Source: Candidatus Methanoperedenaceae archaeon (GTDB taxonomy: Archaea; Halobacteriota; Methanosarcinia; Methanosarcinales; Methanoperedenaceae). Taken from it: DNA of 64,000 nucleotides. This document shows, one piece after another, positions 20,325 to 30,486 of this stretch (position 1 is its first letter; the number at the start of each line of letters is the position of its first letter). Where the stretch lies: positions 1-64,000 of the forward strand of contig CAVWCX010000020.1 in NCBI GenBank assembly GCA_963753595.1, written 5' to 3'. Position numbers and translations under genes: made by a program. Below the pieces are notes generated by a model. The model did no database searches. It was not told where the DNA came from and saw nothing but the letters and a program-made list of their open reading frames with translations.

Positions 20325-20894
20325 ATGGAAACAATTATCGGAAACACCAGATTAATCCTCGTATGCGGGGATATCACAGAACAGGAAACTGATGCTATTG
20401 TCAATGCCGCAAATCCAGGTCTTATGGGGGGCGGCGGAGTGGACGGCGCTATTCACAAGAAAGGCGGTCCTGATATTTTGAAAGAATGCAAAATAATACG
20501 CAAGAGTTATCCTGATGGATTGCCAACGGGACAGGCAGTAATTACAACAGGCGGAGCACTGAAAGCCAAAAAAGTGATACATACTGTGGGTCCTGTCTGG
20601 CATGGCGGAATTAATGAAGAAAGGCAACTGCTTGCAAACGCATATAAAAACAGTCTTAAGATAGCTATTGAAAACGGGATCAAAACAATATCTTTTCCAT
20701 CAATAAGCACAGGAGCTTATGGGTATCCTGTTGAAAAAGCAAGCGTTGCAGCGCTCAAAGCGGTCATAGGATTCCTGAAAAAATATAATGGTATTGAGGA
20801 AGTGCGATTCATTCTTCACAGCTCCCATGACCTTGCGACCTATGAACGGGCATTAACCGAAATTACGGGCAGATGCGCTGATTCGACAGGATGA
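20325..20894 (+). CDS. Macrodomain O-acetyl-ADP-ribose deacetylase (YmdB-like)
   Basis: GDIT, AIVNAAN, GGGGVDGAIH, HTVGP, SISTGAYGYP. Confidence 0.93.
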   Translation: METIIGNTRLILVCGDITEQETDAIVNAANPGLMGGGGVDGAIHKKGGPDILKECKIIRKSYPDGLPTGQAVITTGGALKAKKVIHTVGPVWHGGINEERQLLANAYKNSLKIAIENGIKTISFPSISTGAYGYPVEKASVAALKAVIGFLKKYNGIEEVRFILHSSHDLATYERALTEITGRCADSTG

Positions 20895-20955
20895 TACGGA
20901 TTATGTAATTGAAAATCCGTCCGATCCGTGTCATCCGTGTTCAATTCAAACTAAA
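20868..20955. repeat. 9-nt-periodic palindromic element, CACGGAT type (left arm degenerate)
   Basis: 20911-20955 matches 23150-23194 at 42/45 nt; right arm atccgtccg-atccgtgtc-atccgtgtt. Confidence 0.8.
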
Positions 20956-21121
20956 GACCCACAATATGGTAGATAAAGAAAGTATCGATCCTTGTTTTGC
21001 TAATTTGAAAGATAATTATTATCGTCCTATAGTGAGTTCATGGAGTGAATGCTATTTTTCTTGGGACAGACCGAGGATAATAAGGCGCGAGTGAAAGTGC
21101 CATTTAGTATACCTCGGATGG

Positions 21122-22033
21122 TCACTTAAAACCAGATTTTTCTTTCATATTGAAAACATCGACATAAATAAGCCCCATGGTTTGAGCAGCTTTGACTTTC
21201 TTGTCAATCATATCTGTAAACGATGAGAGTCCATCCACTATTAAAGTCAAATCTCCTCCATCAAATAGGACAGTTTTAAGAGCTTTGCCATCCGTGAGAG
21301 ATTTAAGAGAGCCATGTGAGTACCCATTTACTGAAATAAATACTCCTCGACCATACATTTTCCCCTCCACTTTGTAGGCAAATTGATACAGAGCATCAGA
21401 AGCAGTCAGCCAGTCTTGCCATTTTGCCTCGAAAATATAGTTTTCCCCTTCGAATTTTATAACTCCATCAATTTGTTCTCCATTTATTTTGAACGGCTCA
21501 GAAACAGATAACTTTTCATGTAAACATAATTCTCGCAGAAAGGATTCTAATAAATATCCACGTTTTTGTAAAGATATTATTTTTCCTTGCTCATCTTTTC
21601 CTTGATATAGCAAGGTAAATTGGCTACGTAGATCTTCGAGTGTTTTTTTGGGCTTACTAGCTTCTTCATTTATTCTGGCAATATTCTTCTGTTGTTGTTT
21701 CAACTTTTCATCACGAATCTCTTGAAGCTCCTTGAGATGACTAATTCTACGTAAAGCATCATTTTTATCCAACTTTTTAAGTTTTTCAAAATAATAAGGA
21801 TTAAAATTGTTCCAATCAATTAATGAATGAAGCATGCTCCGAAATTGCCCCAGCCCGCCATCATCTCTATTCTGCAATTTTTCGAAAACCCTATCAACTA
21901 TTTCCGAGCGGTATATTTCAGGTTCTTTTGAATTTTGTACGTCTTTGAGATCCTGTGAAGTGCATCCATTATTCTGGAAGAAAGATATTATTTCCTTTTT
22001 TGGCCAAAAAATTGCGAGAATACAATCCCTCAT
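21122..22033 (-). CDS. PD-(D/E)XK restriction endonuclease-like (Mrr-type) protein
   Basis: RGYLLE, EQIDG..YIFEAKW catalytic motif; AT-rich. The frame stays open upstream, so the true start may lie further 5'. Confidence 0.75.
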   Translation of the reverse strand: MRDCILAIFWPKKEIISFFQNNGCTSQDLKDVQNSKEPEIYRSEIVDRVFEKLQNRDDGGLGQFRSMLHSLIDWNNFNPYYFEKLKKLDKNDALRRISHLKELQEIRDEKLKQQQKNIARINEEASKPKKTLEDLRSQFTLLYQGKDEQGKIISLQKRGYLLESFLRELCLHEKLSVSEPFKINGEQIDGVIKFEGENYIFEAKWQDWLTASDALYQFAYKVEGKMYGRGVFISVNGYSHGSLKSLTDGKALKTVLFDGGDLTLIVDGLSSFTDMIDKKVKAAQTMGLIYVDVFNMKEKSGFK

Positions 22034-23072
22034 GCTATCTTTTATATCTTTAGGAAATGTGATTTTAATTTTTATACCACCTATATATTAGATCATTATG
22101 TGGGGAATGGCATTGAATCATTTGAATCTTCGAAATCTTCTAAATCCAATCGGCAGTTAATATTAACTACTTCATCTTCCCTCTTTTCTATCAATAAGTA
22201 TATATTAGTATTTAAAGATGAAATAAGCATTTAAATTCAAGTATCGACTGCAAGCTTTTTTTGGCGTCTTATTGCAGGATTTTTATAAAATTATATGTTG
22301 TTTGGATAAAAAAAATATTCAAATGGATTGCATGTATTGGTTTCCTTTACTGAAAGGCGCAGGAAGTTATAATCACGTATTAATATTCAATAAATATCAG
22401 TCGTTAGAGTCTGATATCTATTCTATAAGCAATTAATTATATTTACCCCAACCATTATCAGGATTTTTACGGCAGGTTAAAATGTAAATAATGCAATGTT
22501 GAATTGGAAAGTACATGTTAAAATTAAGGTATTGTTTTATTCTTATGGGAATCGCACTTTTTCTCTCAGCCACTATGACTTCAAGTGAGGCTTCTGAAAT
22601 AAACCAAACGGTTTTTGATAAACCTATGATATCGTCGATAGAAACAAAGCAAGTTGTAATTGGTGAACAAAATGATGACCTATACATCACATTAGATAAG
22701 TGTTTACCTGACCAATTAATAGGACAGAATAAAGTAATTGTAATTGACGCTTCGGGGACTACCGGACTCAGAAACTCTACATCTGAATTTTCAGTTAATA
22801 GTCTTATTCTTGCTAATGCTATCAACCTTATCCGAAGAATAAATCCCAACACCAATATTGGAATAGTTGCATTTGGGGGGTCTATAAATAAAACAGGGAT
22901 TCTATCAATGAAGAATGAAACTAATAAAACATACCTTGAAAATTTCATAGGACAGATTGCTCCTAAAGGAGAAACAAACCTTGATATAGGACTTCTTGCA
23001 GCAACTGAATTATTAAATTCAACCAACGGCAAAAAAGAGATTATATTATTCTCAGATGGTTTTATAACGACT

Positions 23073-23275
23073 CATTTGTCATCGGTTAAGAGAGAAATCA
23101 TCAAATAGAACACGGATGACGCAGATGATACGGATGCGCACGGATCCGTGAAAATCCGCGCGATCCGTGTCATCCGTGTTCTATTCAAACTAAACCTGAA
23201 AAGCATGGAAAATTAACAACTCTTTGAACAATTGTATAGTACAAGCATGTTGAATTCCTTAACCGATGACCGATG
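23073..23275. mobile_element. 203-bp MITE, IS4 family / ISH8-like ends
   Basis: 18-bp TIRs CATTTGTCATCGGTTAAG (23073-23090) and CTTAACCGATGACCGATG (23258-23275), 16/18 match; 10-bp TSD TATAACGACT at 23063-23072 and 23276-23285. Confidence 0.9.
23104..23185. repeat. 9-nt-periodic palindromic element, CACGGAT type, nested in the MITE
   Basis: Perfect 17-bp IR AATAGAACACGGATGAC / GTCATCCGTGTTCTATT with internal 9-nt units. Confidence 0.9.
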
Positions 23276-25014
23276 TATAACGACTGATAATAAGAGTTAT
23301 GAAGCATTAGAAAAAATTGTGAAAGATATAAAGAAAAGGGATATTGAAATCAATTTTATCCAAATAATTACTTCAGACAAATATTTAGATTTTCTATTTC
23401 TTAGATATAATAAATTAGCTGAAGCTGTCGGTAGTCGGGTAATAATTCTGAATCCGGAAGACAGAGCGATACATTCTAAAGAACCTTCTTTGTTTGAATC
23501 CTGTTCTATGAAAACAAATGAAACAAATATAATAACGGTAACAACAAGTGATGGAACTCAAATTTCAGGCGCAGAAATAAGTTTGGACAATATTTCTATA
23601 GGGGAGACGACTCGTGGTGAACTTGGCTATACCACCCTCAGAACTGGAGAGCATTATTTTACCGCAAATAAATCTGGATACAATAAAGCTGTCATAAAAG
23701 CTGTAATCTCTTTGGAAAATATTACCGTAAAAAAAACCGACCCTTTCAATGACTCACAGTTGAAACCAGAGGTTAAAGAGGTAAAAGAACCATTAAACGG
23801 ATTCGAAGGATTTCAAAAGAAACCATCTTGGTTAGAATCCACAATACATTCAATACTTGGCTGGTTTAGGTAGATTTTTTACCTATTATTTTCAAGTTCG
23901 CTTTCTAAATCTATTTTGAGAATATTTGCTATAATGTTGTCACTTCAAGGATTTACAGGTACTGTGACTTTCTTTACTGAAAGGCGCGCAGGGTGTCTAT
24001 CTTATCCACTGAAATAAGCCCTCACCACACTTATCGCTTCTTGCTTTGTTATCGTTCCACTGAAATAATCTCTAACAGCCTGTACTGCCTCATTCTTGTC
24101 GATCTTTCCATTGCCATTCGTATCATAGCTTGTGGGAGTTGGGGTGGGAGTAGAAACTGGAACTACCTCAATAGTCCAATTTATCCAATTTAAACATGAA
24201 CCATTAACATTATTACAGGTTATATTAGTATAATTATTTCCAAGTTCAGTAAATGTTTTAAGGAAATTTCCTTCTGTTGTTTCATTTCCAGAAACATATA
24301 AACTATTTAGAGAAATCCAATCCACACTTTGATTTGAAGTTACATTAAAATAAATAGTAGTACCTTTTTTTACATTCAAAGATAATGAATCATTATTAGA
24401 TTGATTATTTTCCCACGAAATAATGTTTGGATCTGGAGGAGGAGTTATTGTTACAGAAGGTGCCGTCATTGCAGTATGATTTACCCAGGTTATATTGGTA
24501 TTACCTGCAACATCGACCGTTCTTGTATTTAAGTTATAAATTGTATTGGGGGTCAATCCAGTTGCATTGTAATATTGAATTCCTTTTGTGATATTGATCT
24601 GAAAAGATTCATTAAGATAAATCATCACTTTTTCGAAATCTTCGTCTGCAGAATCTGTCCATGTCCAGTTGATATAGGTTTGAGCATAGGAAATGTTATT
24701 CAAATTCGAGATAGTTTTTGGTGGAGTGATGTCTAAAGTGAAATTCATTGAAAGCGGTAGGTAGTCGATATTGTAAATGTCTAATGAATAGGATGAATCG
24801 CATATTCCATCTCCTTCGCTATCTATGCAGGTCTGGCTAAAACCTGTACCTTTTGGATTTACCCAGAAGTTACCACCGAAATGGAAGCCACCGATAATGT
24901 TAGTGCCCGATTTTTTCGTAATGTTCCATGTATCAATATTTGAGCCAGAGAATTCAAAATTGTTTGTATTATTGAAAATGTTGTTGTAGATCATGTTATT
25001 GGTGGAATAACTAA

Positions 25015-26312
25015 GGGATTGCCGAAAAATAACTTATCTAAATTAATTCCCTTCCTCTTTTGGGGAAAGAGAATAATTCCATTTTGGGTGTAAAGAATGG
25101 TATTCTATCTTCAATCTTGCCATATCTTCATCAGAGAATTTAACTCCTTTATTATATTCCTTTTCATCTAATAGCGATGCCACAGTAAGACCTTTGTTTG
25201 TCTTTGTGCCACTGATCAGTTCAATAATTGTTTCAAAACTAACGAGCGGTTTCCCCTTCCAATTCATTGTAATGAATGAGAACATGCGATGTTCTATCTT
25301 GTTCCATTTGCTTGTCCCAGGAGGGTAATGGCATACGGTAATAGGTATTTTTATTTGGTTCACCAATTCTTGTAAATGAAATTTCCAGCCTTTATTGCGA
25401 CTTCCATTGCTCCCCCCACCATCTGCACATATCATCAGACCTTTTGCATCTGGATAATTATTTCTTCCAAACATAAGCCACCATTGCCTTATGCTTTCAA
25501 CGGCAAATTCGGACGTATCATAACTCATTCCCACATTTACCATTCCTTCATTTCTCTTAAGATCATAAATCCCATATGGTGTCGCCCTTCCAATCCCAAG
25601 TGAAGGAAAATCATACACATTTACTTCTTTTGCCTTGCCTTTTTTCTCCCATGTTCTTCCAGGATTTTTGAATTCTCCTACATTTTCTTTCTTTTTTGCA
25701 TCAACTGATATTACGGGATACTCCTGATTTATAAATTCTTTAGCTTTTTCGTTTATATACCTGAACTGGGCATCTCTTTCGGGAACTGAAGAACCTTCGA
25801 TGTTTTTCTTATTGGCCTGAAGCGAGTAATCGTTTTCCTTCAATAAACGTCCTACTGTATCTGGATCGATTTTATGTTTTAGCTTTTTCAATTCATCAGC
25901 GATCTTGTAGGTTGATTTGTTTGTCCATTTCAGCAGGCTCATTGGGTCGCCTGAGGTGTTTTCATCCATTATTTTTTCAAGATCTCCAATTATTTCGGGA
26001 TCTTTTATTTCTACCTTTTTTCTTCCTCCTCCAAGTGCTCGAAGTCTTTCTGGAGGTTTAAGTTTCTCTGACGTTTTGAGTTCCTCTATCCCTTTATGGA
26101 TAGTCGAATGGGACATGCCTGTTAATTCTTCAACTTTTGAGACTCCACCCCACCCAATTTCAAGTGCTATGGCTCCTGCAAAACGTCTTGCTTGAACTTC
26201 ATCCGCTCCTGATAGGGCTTTTAGCCACCATGTGTACTCCTTGTTAGTATCCATGCCACTATATATGATGGCTTAGATTATATAATTTACTAATTTATTT
26301 TTAGGTATTGCC
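25015..26312 (-). mobile_element. ISAzo13-family insertion sequence (~1.3 kb)
   Basis: Imperfect TIRs GGGATTGCCGAAAAATAA.. / ..TTATTTTTAGGTATTGCC; 3-bp TSD TAA at 25012-25014 and 26313-26315. Confidence 0.88.
25043..26254 (-). CDS. ISAzo13-family DDE transposase (intact ORF)
   Basis: GGGRK, GDPMSLLKWT, YSLQANKK, ISVDAKKKE, ADGGGSNG, PPGTSKWNKIEHR. Confidence 0.93.
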   Translation of the reverse strand: MDTNKEYTWWLKALSGADEVQARRFAGAIALEIGWGGVSKVEELTGMSHSTIHKGIEELKTSEKLKPPERLRALGGGRKKVEIKDPEIIGDLEKIMDENTSGDPMSLLKWTNKSTYKIADELKKLKHKIDPDTVGRLLKENDYSLQANKKNIEGSSVPERDAQFRYINEKAKEFINQEYPVISVDAKKKENVGEFKNPGRTWEKKGKAKEVNVYDFPSLGIGRATPYGIYDLKRNEGMVNVGMSYDTSEFAVESIRQWWLMFGRNNYPDAKGLMICADGGGSNGSRNKGWKFHLQELVNQIKIPITVCHYPPGTSKWNKIEHRMFSFITMNWKGKPLVSFETIIELISGTKTNKGLTVASLLDEKEYNKGVKFSDEDMARLKIEYHSLHPKWNYSLSPKEEGN

Positions 26313-27471
26313 TAAGAGAGATGCCGTAGCCGTTGTTCGATCCATTGTTGCTGCTCAGTATATTGTAATTGCTGGAATCGTATAATACAATGCCGTAATG
26401 GTTATTCGAATTGGCATTGTTGACGCTTAGATTGTTGTTGCTGGAAGAAGAAAGATATATGCCGTAGTTGTGGTTCGAGTTTGCATTATTGTAACTCAGA
26501 GTGTTGTTACTGGAAGACCACATAAAGATACCGCTGAAGGGATTCGAGATGGCATTGTTGCCGTTCAGAGTGTTGTTGTTGGAATAGAATAGAGAGATAC
26601 CAACATTGTTGTTAGAAACATTGTTACCGTTCAGAGTGTTGTTGTTGGAATAGGACAAATCGATTCCATTGTAGTTGTTTGATGCATTATTTCCAATTAA
26701 CTTATTGTTGTTTGAAATGACCTTAATCCCGGCATACGGAGAAGAGCCAGATAGTATCGCAGTAAATCCTTCAAGAGTAATTCCATTCACAGAAAGCGTG
26801 ATAGGGCTTCCAATTCCCCTGGCATCCACTACAGGCTGACTTCCATGCAAGGTCAATTTCTTATTCACGTTCACGTTTTCTATATATGTGCCGCTATTGA
26901 CTTCGATAGTATCTCCAGGGTTTGCATTATCAATCGCATCTTGAATTCTCGTATAATCTGCACCGCCGCTATCATCAACAGTCAATGTTGCTGCATTCGC
27001 ACTGCTTGACAACAGTAATGCCAATATCGTTATTCCAACCACAATTCTAAGGGCTCCTCTGTAAAAGTTATTAGATACCATTTTTATATCCCATCCATTG
27101 GTCTTAGACCATCTTTAAATAATCCAATCAGTAGATGACCCTATAAAGCTTGTTAAAATCTGCAAATTATGAATCTTTCAATTTATTAAGGAGACAGTAG
27201 ATAAAATAAGGAACTATTTTATCGGGAATACTCCATATAGCAATATTATGCTTATCTGAGCCAAATGGGATTATGTAGTTACTTTAAAATTATCGAGACA
27301 CAGTATACCTTAATAGCTCAAATAGGGGCATGTGGTATTTAATCATAGCATTCCCGATGATGTAGTGGTGATTTACTCTTTCAAAATCAGACATTGAAAA
27401 AACATTGGTATTAATACCTGTTGAGACAACTTCAATCTTATTATTTACACAGTTCTCATTAATAATCGAAA

Positions 27472-27556
27472 CGCCGAGGGGGAGATTTGAACTCCCGCTG
27501 TGCGGTGCACAACCGGTTTTCAAGACCGGCGCCTTAGGCCGCTGGGCTACCTCGGC
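27472..27556 (-). tRNA. tRNA-Ser (UGA)
   Basis: GCCGAGG acceptor stem, anticodon arm CCGGT-CT-TGA-AA-ACCGG, long variable arm, GTTCAAATC T-loop. Confidence 0.95.
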
Positions 27557-27611
27557 ATACTTCCTGCGAAATGGTCGGCATGGTTAATAAAATCGTAGGT
27601 TAAGGGGCAGA

Positions 27612-27703
27612 GAAAAACCTTTTGCTTTACCGAGGGATGAATCTCACACCTTGTAATTGTATTACCTATGCGGGCCTCAAAGCTTTAGCGTGAGGTAGTT
27701 CAC
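27612..27703 (+). mobile_element. Non-autonomous IS200/IS605-type remnant (paired end hairpins, no ORF)
   Basis: CCTTTTGCTTTACCGAGGGATGAAT (left-end-like) and GCCTCAAAGCTTTAGCGTGAGGTAGTTCAC (right-end-like hairpin ending TTCAC). Confidence 0.55.
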
Positions 27704-27784
27704 TAATATTGCCTACATGGAAACATTTAAAACTCAATCAATGGATTATTAACCCCAATCATAGAGTTATACAGAGGAAAAAAA

Positions 27785-28108
27785 ATGACAAACCTATTAC
27801 TCGTACTGTCAAAAGACCCGTATACCACGGAAACACCCGATCTTGTGCTGGATATCGGGATGAACGCAAAAGAAAAAGGAAATGATGTCTCATTATATCT
27901 CATCGAAGATGGCATAACCGCCGCAAGAAAATCAGAGTTTGGAAATAAACTCGCTGCTGCTCAAAAGAAAGGCATCAGGATATTTGCTGATGATAAAGCG
28001 GTACTTTCAAGGTCGCTCACGAACAAATTAATTGGCGGTGTGGAAATAAAAGAAATTGGCACACTTCTTGATTATATAATGGAATATGACCGGGTAGTCT
28101 GGTTTTAG
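27785..28108 (+). CDS. DsrH/TusB-like sulfur relay protein
   Basis: LYLIEDGI..A, SRSL, YDRVVWF; DsrE-like fold. Confidence 0.75.
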   Translation: MTNLLLVLSKDPYTTETPDLVLDIGMNAKEKGNDVSLYLIEDGITAARKSEFGNKLAAAQKKGIRIFADDKAVLSRSLTNKLIGGVEIKEIGTLLDYIMEYDRVVWF

Positions 28109-28116
28109 GTGATAAA

Positions 28117-28485
28117 ATGACAGGAAAACAGCTTACGATCGTTTCAATAAACGGCCCATACAGGGATGAAGGAGTATTTACGATGATAAGACTTGCACAT
28201 GCGGCAAAAGAAAAAGGCATAACGGTCAACTTCTTTAATTACCTGGATGCAACAATAATCGCCCATAGGGACCAGGCGCCAAAAGAGTTCCCTCCCATAG
28301 AGACAATTTTCGGGACAATTGTAAAAAAAGGGATAAAACAGCCAAAAGCAGATGCTATCGCCTGCATAAAATGCACGGATGCGCGAGGCGTAACAAAACA
28401 GCAGACCGAAGGCGTCATTATCGGCGGGCTTTATGACCTTGGCGAATGGACTGCGGAATCTGATAAAACAATACTTATAGGGTGA
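28117..28485 (+). CDS. DsrE/TusD-like sulfur relay protein
   Basis: GPY, ACIKCTDARG (active Cys motif), GLYDLGEW..SDK. Confidence 0.8.
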   Translation: MTGKQLTIVSINGPYRDEGVFTMIRLAHAAKEKGITVNFFNYLDATIIAHRDQAPKEFPPIETIFGTIVKKGIKQPKADAIACIKCTDARGVTKQQTEGVIIGGLYDLGEWTAESDKTILIG

Positions 28486-28490
28486 TTAAA

Positions 28491-28865
28491 ATGAGCAAGA
28501 AAGTAAATGTAATTGTAACACAGCCCCCCTACGGAAAAGAAGATGCATTTTCAGCAGTCCCCATGGCTGCTTCACAGGTCGCGGCAGGAAATGAAGCATC
28601 TTTGATTTTCGTTAGCGGTGGCGTTCATTCAATAGTGAAAGGACAGAAAACAGGATATGGGGATCAGGCAACCTGGTTCAAGGATGTTCCGTCAGTGGAA
28701 GCTGAGATCACAAAGAACATAGAACTTGTGAGCTTCTATGCACTTGACAGGGATATTGCAAAACGCAACATATCCGATACCGAGATCATAAACGGGATAA
28801 AAAAGATAACGCTTTCAGACCTGACTGACATGATACTTGAAGCGGATGTAAATCTGGTATTTTAA
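28491..28865 (+). CDS. DsrF/TusC-like protein
   Basis: TQPPYGKE, FVSGGV..VKGQ, ADVNLVF. Confidence 0.75.
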   Translation: MSKKVNVIVTQPPYGKEDAFSAVPMAASQVAAGNEASLIFVSGGVHSIVKGQKTGYGDQATWFKDVPSVEAEITKNIELVSFYALDRDIAKRNISDTEIINGIKKITLSDLTDMILEADVNLVF

Positions 28866-28962
28866 CGCGATTGAATTTGGATAAACCTTAAAAATCATAT
28901 CTATCCCCTGACAGAGTGTGCAGGGGAGTATTTTATGATGCATCAGCTTGATATTTATAAAC

Positions 28963-29277
28963 ATGAGAACGCTCTCAGATTTTGACAAAAAAATCCTCAA
29001 TAAACTCGCCCCCGAATTTGAAGGCGCAACCGGTCCCGCGCCCGGACATGACTACAAATTCATACTTCTTCCGGTCTCGCATAAGTTATCGGAATCACCA
29101 GTTGACTTTGCGAACAGGGCTGACAGGCTGACTGATGAAGAGCTTGTTTACCTTGTCGATCTGATTTTACGCGGCGATGAGGACGTGCGCTCGCTTGCAG
29201 AAGGGGATTATGACGCGCTTGTTGAAATGATCGAAAAAAGGGTGCCAGAAAAGGCAAAAGAATTGAAAGACCGCTGA
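28963..29277 (+). CDS. Hypothetical protein
   Basis: Compact acidic ORF with plausible codon usage. Confidence 0.6.
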   Translation: MRTLSDFDKKILNKLAPEFEGATGPAPGHDYKFILLPVSHKLSESPVDFANRADRLTDEELVYLVDLILRGDEDVRSLAEGDYDALVEMIEKRVPEKAKELKDR

Positions 29278-30486
29278 TCAGCACACAGGGATCTTCCCAT
29301 AAGCCAGTTCCATGCAGAATTCCTGTATATTGCCAAGCTCCCTGTCAATAACCTCATTTATCTCTTTTTCCACACTTTCAAGCGTTCCCCTCTCCATGAT
29401 GACCTGCGCCGCCGCTATTTTTGGCTGGTCGATCGGTTCTCCTATCTGGCTCAAAAGCCACACATAGACTTCTTTTATATCAGGGACATTGACATATATT
29501 TCATTTGCGATCCTGTGGCTCAGGACATTGTAAATTTTTCCCACGTGGCTCACCGGGTTTTTCCCGGCTGCTGCTTCACTGCTTACCGGCCGGTTCAAGG
29601 GAATGATGCCGTTAACGCGGTTCCCTCGCCCAACCTGGCCTGAATCCGCATCTTCAGCAGAAGTTCCGGTTACTGTGAGATAAATCCCGCCCATGCCCCG
29701 TCCTTCCCTGTCAAGTGTGTTCAGGGAAATTGAAGGTTCAAATTCTGTCCTCTCGATAACATATGTTTTTATCTCTTCAGCCAGTTCTTCCTTTTTCCTG
29801 AAATACCCTGCTTCAGATTCAATGAACATATCAATAAGGGGATCTGCAACTGTCAAATTGAGCAAATTCTTTTCCCGCAAACCCATGATTTTAATGTCCT
29901 CACCCGATTCAGGGAATCTTTTCTTAAAATCCGGGGAGTTCAAATACCGCTCGGTTTCAAGCACTATGCTCTCTGTGGGCGTCATGGGGGCGTATCCAAC
30001 AGCTGCCGAGGTATCATTTGCGCCAAGCAAAGCATTTTTTCTCTTGAATATATCTGTAAGTTCTGCCGAACCCCTGGCGATCTCAACCTGGTAATGAATA
30101 GAATCACCATTTACAAAGCGCAGGTTCTCCTTTATCCATTCTTTTGCCGCGCCGATCGCAATTGTATTGACATCTATGAACTCATTTTCAACTTCAAAAG
30201 TAGCCCTGTCCCCGAAAATGATGCGCATCGGCTTAAGTATCACACCGCCACCGAATTTTGTTTTCACCTCGCCTGCAACAAGCATTCCCTTATCGATATT
30301 ATGGTGCATGATAGCCCCAAACCTCTCCAAATATTCCCTGCACAGGCGAACAGAAACCTGGTTCATTATGGAATCACAGATATTATCAGGATGTCCGAGT
30401 CCTTTTCGTTCAACGACTTCCACTTTTCGCTCAGTTACCGGAGTTGCCCCGAATTCTTCTATCTTGATGTTTCGCAAGGCTATCAC
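29278..30486 (-). CDS. mat: Archaeal methionine adenosyltransferase (copy 2)
   Basis: EVVERKGLGHPD, HHNIDK, GANDTSAAVG, GTSAEDADSG, GKNPVSHVGK. Confidence 0.93.
   Translation of the reverse strand: MIALRNIKIEEFGATPVTERKVEVVERKGLGHPDNICDSIMNQVSVRLCREYLERFGAIMHHNIDKGMLVAGEVKTKFGGGVILKPMRIIFGDRATFEVENEFIDVNTIAIGAAKEWIKENLRFVNGDSIHYQVEIARGSAELTDIFKRKNALLGANDTSAAVGYAPMTPTESIVLETERYLNSPDFKKRFPESGEDIKIMGLREKNLLNLTVADPLIDMFIESEAGYFRKKEELAEEIKTYVIERTEFEPSISLNTLDREGRGMGGIYLTVTGTSAEDADSGQVGRGNRVNGIIPLNRPVSSEAAAGKNPVSHVGKIYNVLSHRIANEIYVNVPDIKEVYVWLLSQIGEPIDQPKIAAAQVIMERGTLESVEKEINEVIDRELGNIQEFCMELAYGKIPVC

Larger units (their letters stand above)
22515..23873 (+). pseudogene. Secreted VWA-domain / PEGA-like protein split by a MITE
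   Basis: Signal peptide, VIDASGT (MIDAS-like), GET, ILFSDG. Removing 23073-23285 restores the frame ..SDGFITT-DNKSYEALEK.. Confidence 0.85.
24002..27081 (-). pseudogene. Cell-surface NosD/CASH beta-helix + FN3 + dockerin/EF-hand-like protein interrupted by an IS
   Basis: Signal peptide, DYTRIQDAID, SNNNTL repeats, GGNFW..DYLPL, YDTNGNGKID tail. Rejoining gives in-frame GISL-SYSTNNMIYNN. Confidence 0.88.

Noticed and set aside
20909-21094. ORF MKIRPIRVIRVQ..MVDKESID
   Set aside because: The N-terminus is just the palindrome arm read through. The MVDKES part may be a HEPN-like scrap but is too short to call.
21090-21120. Possible attL copy of tRNA-Ser (TACCTCGG)
   Set aside because: Only ~8 bp, and it matches the tRNA 5' end rather than the 3' end; chance level.
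26330-26700. Periodic DNA repeats (GTTGTTG..CAGAGTGTTGTTG) suggesting a repeat array or DGR
   Set aside because: Explained by coding beta-helix (SNNNTL) repeats; no reverse transcriptase and no TR/VR pair with adenine-specific differences seen.
27290-27587. ORFs overlapping tRNA-Ser
   Set aside because: Shadow ORFs of the tRNA gene.
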